64,000 nucleotides of DNA from Octopus vulgaris. Its lineage: Eukaryota. Location of the stretch: contig OX597815.1 in the NCBI GenBank assembly GCA_951406725.2, positions 180,792,001-180,856,000 on the forward strand. The letters are read 5' to 3'. The position numbers and the translations under genes are program-made. Every line of letters starts with the position of its first letter. Position 1 is the stretch's first letter. Below, piece after piece: positions 26,541 through 39,436 of the stretch. Below the pieces are notes generated by a model, which ran no database searches, had not been told where the DNA came from, and saw nothing but the letters and a program-made list of their open reading frames with translations.

Positions 26541-27728
26541 CTACATAAATAAACAATGCTTGATTTTAAGCGGTTGGCGTAAATATAAGCCGAACCGTTG
26601 TCGTGCGCTAATTGCTGACTACAGCCGAGATGATTACCATCAGTGCAACCTAGAAACCTGATAAAGAAAACCGTTGCCATGGGGTTAATGTAGTTCTCAA
26701 GGAGATTCAACGTGACACAGAATGTGACAAAGGTGACCTTTCGAATTGCTGGTACAACTCATTTTTGTCAGCTGATTGGGTTGGAGCAACAGGAAATATA
26801 GTGTGTCTTGCTCAAGGACACAAGGCACCACCAAGAATGGAACTCATGCTCTTACGATCGCGAGCCGAATACCCTAACCGCTAAGCCACGCGCCTAAAAC
26901 CCATGGTAATTACACAGTGGCATTGAAACAAAAACCCCATGAATGCGAAGTACATTTTAAAATCATTCGGCTATTTTTGCGCAATCTAGGGCCTCCATCG
27001 GTCAAGAGTGACCACGCATCTAGACAAAATTCTATTGGAGAGGATGGGCAGTTGTTCATGCATACAATCTGCCCTCTCCACGCTGCCATGTTTATCCAAG
27101 GGAGAGGTTATTGATTTGGATCGGTAGAGCTTGGTATATGTGTTTCCGCGGGAGTTGCTGTCAAAACGTAGAGAGTCGGAACAGAACCCGCAAGGCACCT
27201 TATTCGAACCTCTAACAATTCTACCCAATCGCTGCCATGGATTCGTGCTTTATTTATCGATCTTAAAAGGATAAAAGGCAACGTTGACCTTAGCTGATAT
27301 TAAATACTGAATTTAACAACAGACGTGCCACGAGGCATTGTTAGATGTCAAAGCGTTGATCCAACGCTTTAACGACTCCGCTTATTCTCTATCCAAATAA
27401 GCAAATAGAAATGCAAACGTTGCACACACACACACGCGCGCGCGCGCGCGCAAACACACACACCAAATATGTGTGCTATTAGACGGGCAGAATCATTAGA
27501 GCGTCAAAATTCGAAGCACTATAAATATGCCTTATTGGTTTGGTCTGGAGAAAGGTCTAACGGCCGTAGCTTTCGTAGCTCCCCGCTTGGTGAGATCGAT
27601 TCCATTGGCTTCCTTCTTTGTACGGTTGTATTAATATATCGACGACCACTGCAGGAAAGACATATGCAAACATCAAAATTTCTGACAGGCACGAACTGAA
27701 CCCCGTTACTTTTGATGGGTACTCCCCT

Positions 27729-27770
<42 letters not shown>

Positions 27771-28249
27771 AAAACTATGCTTTGGATGGTTAAGAATCTT
27801 TTACCTTTTACTTTTTTCCGTCATTAGAATGTGGCCATGCTGGAGCACCGCCTTGCAGAATTTTTAGTCGAATGAATCGATCCCAGTACTTTTTTTTTCT
27901 ATAGCCTGTTACTTATTCTATCGGGCTAACTTACGGGGACGAAAACATACCAACGCCGGTTGTCAAGCGATGGAGGGAGACAAATACAGATTACACACAC
28001 ACGCAAACACACACACACACACAAATTTAGCTGGTCATATGCCACTACCGCTCATGCACTCTCGATTCACTCATCTTCTCTCATCTCTCGTATTTTGTCC
28101 ACCCACGACACCAGTGGCTCTCAGTTTATATTGACCCCAGGGATTCATATAAGATTTTGAGGGATTCACGCAAGCAAAATAGTAAACTGGGGACGCACAG
28201 TAGTATATTAATGGTCCATGAAAAAGATTTGATTCAGATGTATTCTATT

Positions 28250-28413
28250 TACATTATTTATATTATTTACATTTGACGGATATTTGTCCTCATCTTGTTT
28301 GTTGTTAACACAACATTTCGGTTGATATACCCTCCAGCCTTCATCAGGTGTCTTGGGGAAATTTTGAACCTGGGTTCTCAATCCTAAGGTATTTTTCGAT
28401 GTTGTTGTTGTTG

Positions 28414-28450
<37 letters not shown>

Positions 28451-28683
28451 CATAAGGTTGTCCCAAAAGTTCGTAGAAAGTCTTGGAAAATAATGGTCTT
28501 TATTTTGAGGAATAATTTTTGTTGTTTTTGTTAGTACTTGGCGAGTAAAAATTCAATTTTCGCAAGTGTTTACGAACTTTTGGGACAACCTAATATTATT
28601 ATTATTATAGGTCACTGCCTGGAATCGAACTCGGAATCTTGGGGTTAGTAGCTCGCGCACTTAACTACTAAGCCATATGCCCG
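28250..28683 (-). mobile_element. tRNA-headed hammerhead SINE, second copy, interrupted by MITE
   Basis: Head gggcatatggcttagtagttaag...gagttcgattcc (28609-28683); hammerhead acac-CTGATGA-A-GGCTG-gagggtatat-CAACC-GAAAT-GTT-gtgt (28308-28351). Confidence 0.85.
28453..28593. mobile_element. 141-bp Tc1/mariner MITE (copy of 379-519)
   Basis: Same TIRs and interior, opposite orientation, inserted in the (TTA)n linker. Confidence 0.9.
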
Positions 28684-28949
28684 TGATGTATTTATTGCAA
28701 GAAGCAGCTAGGATTTTTTCTCCAACATTTTACACAGTTCTACTCACACAAGTTAATGTGTGAATAACAAGATAAGATTTCCGAAAGAAGTATCTATAAA
28801 AATAGTTTTTAAACGTCGAATAGTTGTAGGGGTCCACCCGATTAAAATAGTAATCAAAGGGGTTCACAGAGGAAAAAATGGCTGAGAACCCCTCTACTAC
28901 ACCAAAGTCATTCTCCAACACCTCGATGCGAACATAAAGCAAATACTAT

Positions 28950-29495
28950 ATACATCTGGAAAAGACTTTCTAACTAGAAAAGGTATGGCCTGGTCAGCCT
29001 GTAATGACATGCATAAGATCTGGTCATCAAATCTAAGTAGAGACTTCAAACTTGAAATCTTCAAAGCCACAGTCGAACCAATTCTGCTATATGGCTCAGA
29101 AACCTGGACGTTATCAAAGAAGCTTGAGAGGCGGTTGGATGGAACCTACACTCGCCTCCTTATGAGAGCTCAAAATCTCTCGTGGAAGCGCCATCCAACC
29201 AAAATGAAAATATATGGGAAACTACCACCTGTGTCATCTCTTGTGAAAGGTAAGAGAGTCCAGTTTGCTGGACATTGTTGTAGAGCTGAAAAAGAAGTAA
29301 TTTCTACTCTTCTCCTCTGGAAGCCATCTACTCGCAATACCAGAGGGCGCACACTCTCCTACCCTGATGTAATCTCCAGGGATACAGGCATCCAGCAACA
29401 GGACCTCTGTAATGCCATGATGGACCGTGAAGTCTGGCGTAGCATGGTAAATTCCATTGTCTCGACCACGGTCGAACGATGATGATGTGATGATA
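28950..29495 (+). mobile_element. 5'-truncated RTE-group LINE, RT C-terminus
   Basis: ORF 28985-29482 with KLEIFKATVEPILLYGSETWTL, FAGHC and MMDREVWR motifs; (GAT)n tail at the stop codon. Confidence 0.9.
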
Positions 29496-29906
29496 TACTG
29501 TCTCTATGGGATAATCTTGGAATGAAAGGGACGGCGCGCATGACATTGACAAGTTTCCCAGGTTGTGATGTCAGTGTCATTGATGTCCACTTGGTCTGAA
29601 CATTTGTGTATTAATATTTTCAGGAAACACGCGAGCAAGGAGAGAACTTGACCCACGCGCTTCCTAAATATTACTAAATACACTCAGGAACAATTGTTGC
29701 TATCTGTGTTGCTGTTGCTTAGTCCAGAACAATTACGTTCGAGGAAACCCTGGATCAAGGACAGTCAATGTTTTTCAGGCACAGAGTGCGCCGGACTGCG
29801 TTATCTGTTGCGATGAGTTGTGGTTTGAGCATGATTTAGCTGTTATTCTAGCATGTTGAGAGGCTAGATAGATGCCTGATTTATAACCAAGATTATATTC
29901 CCATCG

Positions 29907-30435
29907 TGGAGGTGCCTGGCTTAGTGCTTAGGGTGGGCAGTTGTTCATGCATGCAATCTGCCCTCTCCACGCTGCCATGTTTATCCAAGGGAGAGGTTAT
30001 TGATTTGGGTCGGTAGAGCTTGGTATATGTGTCCCCGCGGGAGTTGCTGTCAAAATGTAGAGAGTCGGAACAGAAACCGCAAGGCACCTTATTCGAACCT
30101 CTAACAATTCTACCCAATCGCTGCCATGGATTCGTGCTTTATTTATCGATCTTAAAAGGATAAAAGGCAACGTTGACCTTAGCTGATATTAAAAACTGAT
30201 ATTAAATACTGATATTAAATACTTATGATCGTAAGATTGTGATTTCAATCCTTCGACCGGGCGACGCGTTGTGTTCTTGAGCAAAACACTTCATTTTCAC
30301 GTTGCTCCAGTCCACCCAGCTGGCAAAAATGAGGAATTTTGCGACAGATCGCCGTCCCAGTAGGTGTGGAACATATACGCCATGGAAACCGGGAAAACAG
30401 CCCTCATGAGACTGGCATGGCTCGAGAAGGAAACA
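29907..30435 (+). mobile_element. tRNA-derived SINE split by a copy of 27045-27310
   Basis: Head gtggaggtgcctggcttagtgcttagggt resumes at 30224 (tatgatcgtaagattgtgatttcaatcc). Confidence 0.8.
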
Positions 30436-30597
30436 TTTGGATTCATTTAACCATACCAGTACATATTTACAAGGCACCATGTACTCTGCTGCTGTATTAA
30501 AAAAATCATTATAACAACCATCACCAACACACTATGATTGCAATTAATAGCGAAAAAGATAGAATTAATACCAAAAGTAAATATGTGTCTTCCACTG

Positions 30598-31220
30598 AAG
30601 ACGGCGGACTGGCAGAATCGTTAAGCACACCTGGCGAAATGCTTAGCGGTATTTCGTCTGCCGTCACGTTCTGAGTTCAAATTCTGCAGAGGTCGACTTT
30701 GCCTTTTATCCTTTCGGGGTCGATAAATTAAGTACCAGTTACACACTGGGGTCGAAATAATCGACTTAATCAGTTTGTCTGTCCTTGTTTGTCCTCTCTG
30801 TGTTAAGCCCCTTGAGGGTAGTAAAGAAATAGGTATTTCGTCTGCCGTTACGTTCTGAGTTCAAATTCCGCAGAGGTCGACTTTGCCTTTTATCCTTTCG
30901 GGGTCGATAAATTAAGTACCAGTTACGCACTGGGATCGATGTAATCGACTTAATCCGTTTGTCTGCCCTTGTTTGTACCCTCTATGTTCAGCCCCTTGTG
31001 AACAATAAAGAAATAAGAATCGTTACCACACCGAGCGAAATGCTTCGAGGCATTTCGTCTGTCTTTTACGCTCTGAGTTCAAATTCCGTCGTAGTCATCT
31101 TTGCCTTTCATTCCTTTCGGGGGTCGATAAAATAAGCACCAGCTGAGCACTGGTGTCGATGTATCCGGCCAAATCCGTCCTCGCGAAATTGCTGACCTTG
31201 AACCAAAGTTTGAGACCAAT
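30598..31220 (+). mobile_element. Family A SINE trimer
   Basis: Full unit, headless body from 30833, third unit from 31017. Confidence 0.9.
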
Positions 31221-31390
31221 GTTTATCATATTCTTAAAATTCTGAGTTCGAACACAGAATCCACTTTAAGTGGAAGGTAAATACTACTTTTTGATATAAT
31301 CATAGTTGCCAGTAGAAACTATATTCGTTAGAATACTAACTATGCTAGCAGGCTCTCTATTCCTAGTACAGCATTCCGACCTCGGAATAG

Positions 31391-31393
<3 letters not shown>

Positions 31394-31475
<82 letters not shown>
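31394..31475. repeat. (GA)n microsatellite
   Basis: Direct observation. Confidence 0.98.
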
Positions 31476-31477
<2 letters not shown>

Positions 31478-31583
31478 TCAACTGACTCGTCATCACCTAA
31501 AGACTTCTCGTGAGAAACATGAACGAACATCAGCCAACGGGCAACCAACAAGAACAACAACAAAAACGATAACAACTGCGACA

Positions 31584-31614
<31 letters not shown>

Positions 31615-32444
31615 CTAATCTAATTATAAGTTTGTCAAAACAAATATATAAAAATATAAAAAAAAGTCAACAAAAAGCTATATTTGATGTCGGAAGTCGG
31701 TGAAGCGATATCGCTATCATTTAGCTATTCAATTTTATCCGAAGCGATTAAAGGTGTGTGTGTCTGTGCATGTGCGCGTGTGTGTGTGTGTAAGTGTGTG
31801 TGTGTGTGTGTATGTGTGTGTACATGTGTGTGTGTGTACGTGTGCGCGTGCGTATGTGTATGTGTGTGTGAGAATAGTGAGATTTACATTTCCCAAATAC
31901 TCGCTCACCCCTTGGCTGAGTAGAATTAATTACTTTGGTTCTCCAAGAAATCGAACTGTAGCAATATTATCTGATATCTTTTATCTTTTACTTGTTTCAT
32001 CCATTGGACTACGGCCATGTGGGAGCAACACCTTCAAGAATTTTTCGTCGAACGAACAGACCTCGGTACTTAGAATAAAAAAAAAAAAACCCGCTTCCTA
32101 TTCTAACGGTTGGTTTTGCCCAACCAATTAGTTACGGGGACATAAACAAACCAGCACCGGTTGCCAAGCTGTAGTTGAAGACAAATGCACACATATGTGT
32201 GTTTGTGTGTGTGTGTGTTGGGGGGTATGTGAGAGAGAGAAAGAGAGATATATAGCAAGATTATTTAGCTATCGGGCCTGGATTCCTATACCAAATGCAA
32301 AAAAAAAAAAAAAGAAAAAAGCCTCAAGAACACGATCGTGATTCGCTAGAATATTAATAACATCATTAAAAATCTGACGTGGAAACCGATCTAGCAACAA
32401 TTTCTTCCCTGGTGCGCTTTTTCCGAGCCAGACCATCGTTATAT

Positions 32445-32670
32445 ATTTATTTCTTTATTGCCCACAGGGGGCTAAACATAGAGGGGACAAACAAGGGGAT
32501 TAAGTCGATTATATCGACCCCAGTGATTTACTGGTACTTATTTAATCGACCCCAAAAGGATGAAAGGCAAAGTCGACCTCGGCGGAATTTGAACTCAGAA
32601 TGTAGCGGCAGACGAATTACGGCTGCGCATTTCGCCCGGCGTGCTAACGTTTCTGCCAGCTCGCCGACCA
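32445..32670 (-). mobile_element. Family A SINE with 17-bp TSD
   Basis: TSD gaccatcgttatatatt on both sides. Confidence 0.9.
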
Positions 32671-33068
32671 TCGTTATATATTCAGCACATATGAGCCATT
32701 ACAAACAGACGACGGACGGCAGACAGCGAAAGACAGTAGCAGAAGCAGCAGCTGACCAAAGCGTTTTGACAACACCAAAGCAATGGACGAACGGCGACAG
32801 CAACATCCAATGACCCTGCAACTAATCATACCTCGTCCGAGAACAATAGACTTCGAATTATCTCGATGTTTTGTCGTTCGTAGTAACGGCAACATTTTGA
32901 TAAAAAAAAATCACACATTCTGTCACCTCATCAGTGACTCTCTGCCCCATATACCCCCTCCTGTCCTACTTATTCTATTTTGCCCTTTCTGTCAGAAGGA
33001 CAAAGACAGAAGGTTAAGAAGGAATATTTTTTATTAAAAATCTCAAACAAATTTCAGTGTTCTTTATC

Positions 33069-33140
<72 letters not shown>

Positions 33141-33330
33141 TGTACGTGTGTGTATGTGTGTGCAACCGCTAATCAGACTTGCTTTTTCCTCTGTTTCTTC
33201 TTTCCCCATCTGTTTTCTCTTCTGATTAGAAGAGCGTACATTCGAATCGTCAAAGACTACTTTCATTTTCCTGAGCGTCAAAATAATACACATGGTTTGT
33301 TGTTCCCTAAACAGTCTATAATTTTGGACC

Positions 33331-33405
<75 letters not shown>

Positions 33406-33548
33406 GCGATAATGCTGTCATTGAGACCCAAAGGTGTCAGGTAATGTTGAATAAGTGCTATAGACAGACCATAGTTAAGTTCCAGATTCCTCACTCTCTA
33501 TTTGTATCACATCGAAACTAACTATGACTTAATTTTTCCTCCCACATC

Positions 33549-33600
33549 GTCTTCGATTAAGGGATATTATTAATTAATATCCTAGAAACAGCTGTAAGAC
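33549..33600 (+). ncRNA. Type I hammerhead with mutated 5' core
   Basis: gtct-TCGATTA-A-gGGATATTA-ttaat-TAATATCCt-a-GAAAC-agct-GTA-agac: all three stems pair, CUGANGA box altered. Confidence 0.7.
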
Positions 33601-33976
33601 CTTCTATCTATAAATGCTCTAATAGCTATACAGCCTTGGTTTTTTTTTTTTTTTACCTCATTACGCATAAAATTCATATACATATGTGTGTGTACATATA
33701 CATAAGCGTATAAAAGAAATGAAGTTGAAAGTGCACAGGAAATATATTAGAATTTAATCATATTTTCATATACAGGAATACACTTTACCGGTTTCAGATT
33801 TAGACATGATTCGCGGCACGACTCCATCTGCTATATACTTTTGAAAATCTAATGCAAAACTGGCAAGATGCATTCCTATATTTTAAAATATAATTAAATT
33901 TTAATTAGTTCCAATATATACTCTGTGCATTCCCAATTTCATTTCATCTATTCCTCCACTTGTTTGGATTAATAAC

Positions 33977-34008
<32 letters not shown>

Positions 34009-34010
<2 letters not shown>

Positions 34011-34318
34011 AAATATTTTACTCTCAAACGCGTAATAATAATGCTGAATAGCATAAAACACCATATTCCCGTAAAATTTGTTATCAGCCAGCCATGAGGC
34101 TCGAACTCACATCCCTGTGTTTACCGGTCATAGTGCTTTATCTTTAAGCTAAACAGCCTGTTAACAAGTTCTTCTGCAATTTTTGAACTTATAAATATAG
34201 CTTTTATAGACGCTATATGTGAAATTACGATGTATGCGTTTTTCTGCAAGGTAAGGATATTCGGTCCTATTTATGCTATTCAGCTTTATCCTTACGCGTT
34301 TGAGAGTAAAATATTTCC
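34009..34318. mobile_element. MITE with ~27-bp TIRs carrying a tRNA-like segment
   Basis: TIR GGAAATATTTTACTCTCAAACGCGTAA, sub-TIR gctgaatagcataaa; minus 34087-34158 tRNA-like with T-arm GTGAG-TTCGAGC-CTCAT. Confidence 0.85.
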
Positions 34319-34699
34319 ATATCTGTGTATTTCAATACATCTCAACGCTTCTAAAAAAAGCAAACTTTGCTTACATACATCGTAATTTCACAATTGCTAC
34401 AGCTAAATACAACTGTGCTGAAGCCTATGTTTTTCCGATGAGTTCCAATGTAAGATTTAAGCATGTCCAGGCTTGTCACTCACACATTCCGATATAACCA
34501 ATATATCAATCAATGATTTATTTTCTCAGCGAATATTTTGTTCTCTTCGATCATTTTTCGCCCCCCCACCCCTTCAGGAAACATGTTAATTCGATGGTGA
34601 CAAATATATTCTAGTCATGTGCTGGAATCGATTTAATTCATTGTGTCCTTTCCCGCCTCAAAATGTCGTGGCCTTGTGCTTATATAAAAGAAAAAAACT

Positions 34700-34910
34700 T
34701 AACTTATCGCGGTTCACCTACCGCGGTTTATTATTTAAGTTTACGTCGATTCCTCCATGGTGTTGTTTTGCATTTATAATAAAATAAATAAATACAAATT
34801 ATAAAAATAGAAAAAAAATATAGTACAGTATTGTTTCTACTTTGCGGATATTCGCCTATCGCGGGGTGTTTTGAAACGTAACACCCGCGATAGTCGAGGG
34901 ACTACTGTAC
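34700..34910. mobile_element. Tigger/pogo-like MITE, one end retained
   Basis: Ends cgagggactactg|ta; subterminal ccgcgata/tatcgcgg motifs. Confidence 0.6.
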
Positions 34911-34924
34911 ACGAACCAACAAAC

Positions 34925-35520
34925 GTTATTTATTTTTTAATGCCCACAGGAAGATAAACAGAGAGGGGATAAATAAGGACAGACATAGAGATTAAGTGGA
35001 TTACATCGACCCCAGTGCGTAACTGGTACTTAATTTATCGACACCGAAAGGATGAAAGGCAAAGTCGACCTCTGCGGAAAGCCAACAAACGATATTCCGA
35101 CAAAGTGCCAAAACGACACATTATGACTTCCTACGATTAACGCCTACTCTCTCTATCTTTCCCTCTCTCTCTCTCTCTCTCTCTCTCACTCAGACCGCTA
35201 CTATTTATAGTCGTTCGTTCGGTCAAGTCTATTCCCGCAGGGGGTGTCGTGACTCTAGCCAAAACAAATGCAAATATAAGAAGTGTAATAAGTACGAATT
35301 CGCGATAAAGTACGATTGTTTTTAATTTAGGCACAAAAGATCAGAAATTTTGATGTGAGGAGAATTGTCGATGCTATCGAGTTCGGCAGTCGACTGGTAC
35401 TTTATTTCATCGACCCCGGAAGGATGAAAAGTAAATTCGATCTCTGCGGTATTTGCGTTCAGAACATAAAGGACTCGCAGAGATACAGCAAAAAAATTTT
35501 TCCGACACCCTGCCGATCTG
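34925..35520 (-). mobile_element. Two partial family A SINEs (34925-35080, 35320-35520)
   Basis: Reverse-complement Nin-like cores. Confidence 0.75.
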
Positions 35521-35726
35521 CCTCCCCCCACACACACAAACAAAAAGCAAACACACCAAAAGGAAGAAAATTAAATTTAAAAAAAAGCAAAAAAACAGAG
35601 AGCATTTTAACAGTGGCGGAATCGGGTGGAAACCAAGTAATTCACGTTATCGATCAATTTCGTTTCCGTACGACAAAACTAACGTACCTGTACAACAATG
35701 TTGAAAAGTACCGTTATTTTGGATCG

Positions 35727-36110
35727 TGGAGGCGCAATGGCCCAGTGGTTAGGGCAGCGGACTCGCGGTCATAGGATCGCGGTTTCGATTCCCAGACCGG
35801 GCGTTGTGAGTGTTTATTGAGCGAAAACACCTAAAGCTCCACGAGGCTCCGGCAGGGGATAGTGGTGATCCCTGCTGTACTCTTTCACCACAACTTTCTC
35901 TCACTCTTACTTCCTGTTTCTGTTGTACCTGTATTTCAAAGGGCCGGCCTTGTCACTCTCTGTGTCACGCTGAATATCCCCGAGAACTACGTTAAGGGTA
36001 CACGTGTCTGTGGAGTGCTCAGCCACTTACACGTTAATTTCACGAGCAGGCTGTTCCGTTGATTCGGATCAACCGGAACCCTCGTCGTCGTAACCGACGG
36101 AGTGCATCCA
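35727..36110 (+). mobile_element. Family C SINE, full length
   Basis: tRNA-like head with A/B boxes; flanked by approximate TSD ccgt(t)attttggatc. Confidence 0.92.
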
Positions 36111-36929
36111 TCCGTATTTTGGATCTTGTTATTTCAGAAATCTATGGTTCATTTCTACATTAAGGCGGCAATGCCTTGTCTTTTTGTCATTTCAAATTAC
36201 ATTCTGTCGCCCTAACAGAAGGACACATTGCATAATGTGGCCTCATACAGTCATGTCTGAAAATATGATGGGAATCGGACGTGTAAAATGAAATAGAATA
36301 TTGAGGTAGAATGATTTTGAATATGTATCGACTTGATCATTGCTAAATAAAGAAAATAAATGAAATAACGCTTTTTTTCTGCCAATCCAGATCATCGCAA
36401 CCAGACCAATGTTTCATATTTTCGCCATTGCTTATATTTTCATTTCTCTTTTGTTCATCTTCTGAGCTTGAGTGTGAAAACTAAAACAAACCATAAAATT
36501 GAAAACTTCTCATTTTCGTGTTTCTATTCTAGACTCCATTCTATCAAATTACCTTAAACGTCAACATAAATCTCAAATCATTTTGACATCCAGGCAGCAC
36601 CCCCCCAAAAAAAAACCAAAAAACAAACAGAACTTATTGTAAATCTAGTGTAAACGTGACACAGACAAAGCACATTGTAAAGACATCGACATATTTGTCA
36701 CTAAGGCAGCGTCACCGAAAAACGAAATATAATGTCGCTCAAAATACCACATTTAACAACTATGATGACACAAGCGCTGGTTATATCGCCTCTAAGATAT
36801 ACCTGAAGCCTTTAAGATGAGAGAGTTAGGGACATCAACTGTCATTAAAATGTTAAACGATACTTTAATATTTAAACTAAAATAAACAAACAATAACATT
36901 GAAGTCAGAAACAAAATGGATTTCGCTTA

Positions 36930-37310
36930 TCCTTTAGTTGTTTCAGTGATTAGACTGCGGCCATGCTGGAGTACAGCCTTGAAGAATTTCAAGTTGAATG
37001 GATCGACCTAAGTACTTATTTTTTGTTTAGCCTGATATTATTTTATCGGGTACTTTTGCTGAACCGCTAAGTTACGGGGGCGAAACCATACGAACACCGG
37101 TTGTCAAGCAGCGGGGGTGGACACACACACACACGACAGGCTTCTTTCAGTTTCCGTCTACAAAATCCACTCACAAGGCTTTGGTCGGCCCGAGGCTATA
37201 GTAGAAGACACTTGGCCAAGATATCACTCAGTGGGACTGGACCCGGGACCATGTGGTTGGTAAGCAAGCTACTTACCACACAGCCACTCCTGCACCTACG
37301 CATGTATATC

Positions 37311-37399
<89 letters not shown>

Positions 37400-37421
37400 G
37401 TATGTATATATATATATCAAT

Positions 37422-37457
<36 letters not shown>

Positions 37458-37635
37458 ATATATATATATATACGACGGGCTTCTTTCAGTTTCCGTCTGT
37501 CAGATCCCACTGACAAAGCTTTGGTCAGCCAAGGCTACAGGAGAAGGCACTGCCCGAGGTACCATACAGTGAAACTGAACCCGGAGCAACGTAGTTGGGA
37601 AGCAAACCTTTTACCACGCAGCTACGCCTGCGTCT
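36930..37635 (-). mobile_element. CORE-type SINEs (family B), two copies
   Basis: CORE-like ttgggcaagtgtcttctactatagcctcggg in reverse; internal microsatellite. Confidence 0.85.
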
Positions 37636-38334
37636 ATATCAATGTAATATAGAAGAAATGTGCCAAACTGTAAGAACAAAGATCCATAAAGTTCTTTCTG
37701 GCTCTTTCCTAAAATATGATAAGAAGTAGTCATGTGCAACGAATGTAGCCTTGTAATTCAATTCCTGTAGTTCAAAACTTCCTTTGCAATTACGCGGCAA
37801 AATGTTAATGAAACTGTCTCAGAACCTAAGTATTTTAATCAATGCCTTTAAGAGAATTATACAATTAATTTCCTCGTAGTGTCAATTGGGGCGAATGTTT
37901 TTTCAGGTTACTATTTCTAGTTGAAGCCAATGACTTGTACACTGTTTGATTGAATGTTGTCGAACACTTCCCCGTCTATATGAACAAAATGTAATGCGAA
38001 CAAAATGCAAGAATTATTCCTGTATTCGGACACGGAGTCGATCACGAGTTCGACTACAAACCGCTCCATTGATATACCAATTACTAAAAAAGAAAATATA
38101 TATATTCTCAATCAGCGACTAAGTAAAATGTCTAAGACGAAACCAATATAAGTTAATATATTAACATATATTATGGTTGGTATCCAGTTAACGACAGGCA
38201 TAAAAAGTACGCTGGGAGCCGAAGCTTTAGACATATTCCATGTTGCAAACTAAGGTAAAGGAACATTCTTCTGTGAATAAATATCTTTTATCGTTTTTCT
38301 TTTACTTGTTTCAGTCATCGAGATTGCGACCATG

Positions 38335-38830
38335 TGCAGCTGTGAGGAGACATCATCAAATCACCATCTGTGAGTTATCAGAGGATGTGCAGATTAGTTA
38401 CGGTTCAGTTCGGTCCATTATCACTGAAGATTTGGGTATGAGACGCGTGTCTGCCAAATTTGTGCCAAAACTACTTTCACATGACCAAAGAGACACTCGC
38501 GTTTCAGTTTGACAAGATCTTGATTGTGTCGAGAATGATGAAATCTTGAAAGTTTTGCGTAGGCCTCTGAGGAGGTATCGCCAAGCTTTTGGCAAAATTT
38601 ATTGCAGATTCTCTGTTCAACTTTCTCTGTGGTTGTCATTGCAATGATCACACGCTACACACTATTCTTCCAAGCACTGCTGTAAACAGTGGAAGTAAGC
38701 TAGAACATTAAAATTTAAGTGCACATGCACAGCAGAGTTCAAAGTCAATCTGTGCCAAGCGGCTTTACTCTGCATGCTTTAGCTTCGTTCTCTAACAACA
38801 GTCCGGATACTTATTGATCAGACCACATAT
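38335..38830. pseudogene. Rearranged mariner transposase fragment
   Basis: Plus: ITEDLGMRRVSAKFVPKLL (WVPHEL-equivalent); minus: N-terminus EQRICNKFCQKLG with TIR-like end at 38830; pieces in opposite orientation. Confidence 0.8.
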
Positions 38831-39436
38831 TTTTGGAACAGGCAAAAGGAAACACAATCCAGATTCCCGGCTTCTTTAAGTGTATAAGATGCGGTCGGAG
38901 TCAGTCATTTGTCCAGTTTGAAATGATAACAAAATCTCCAACAGATCGCTCTCTATAGTCTTAAAAACAAAATGCTGGTCGCTACTGAAACCCCCTTAAA
39001 ACATAGGTCTGCCTACTCAGGGCTAAATGAAAGTTAAACAAAACAAATCTATAAAACTATAGAAAACACCGACGAGCAGTAATAAAAGTATGATTAAGTG
39101 TCAGCAAGTACAGATGATAAAAAGAAATAAAATAGAATAAAAATATCAATTAAATAATACGTAAAAACTTTGCTTGATGGAGCTATGGTTGAACTACATA
39201 ACCACGCCTCAATATACTCCTTATGGGTTATAATGTATAGAGGAAGAAATCCGATCACAATTTCACACGAATTAAGCTGTCTTGCAAGAATAAATTTCAA
39301 CACTGAGAGCTTTTATGTTGTTACAAACGAATTAAGATGGGTAATTACTGCAACCGACTGGAGCCATCTGAAATTGCCGGCGATACATATACATACATAC
39401 ATACATACATACATACATACATACATACATACAAAC

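Noticed and set aside
32922-32938. CTGATGAG on the minus strand as a hammerhead
   Set aside because: Forms a simple gtcac/gtgac hairpin loop; no downstream GAAA-stem III-NUH.
35175-35215. TATA-box promoter on the minus strand
   Set aside because: TATAAATA is common in AT-rich DNA; no independent support for a start site.
35727-35800. tRNA genes at SINE heads
   Set aside because: A/B boxes are present but continue into SINE bodies and lack proper acceptor stems.
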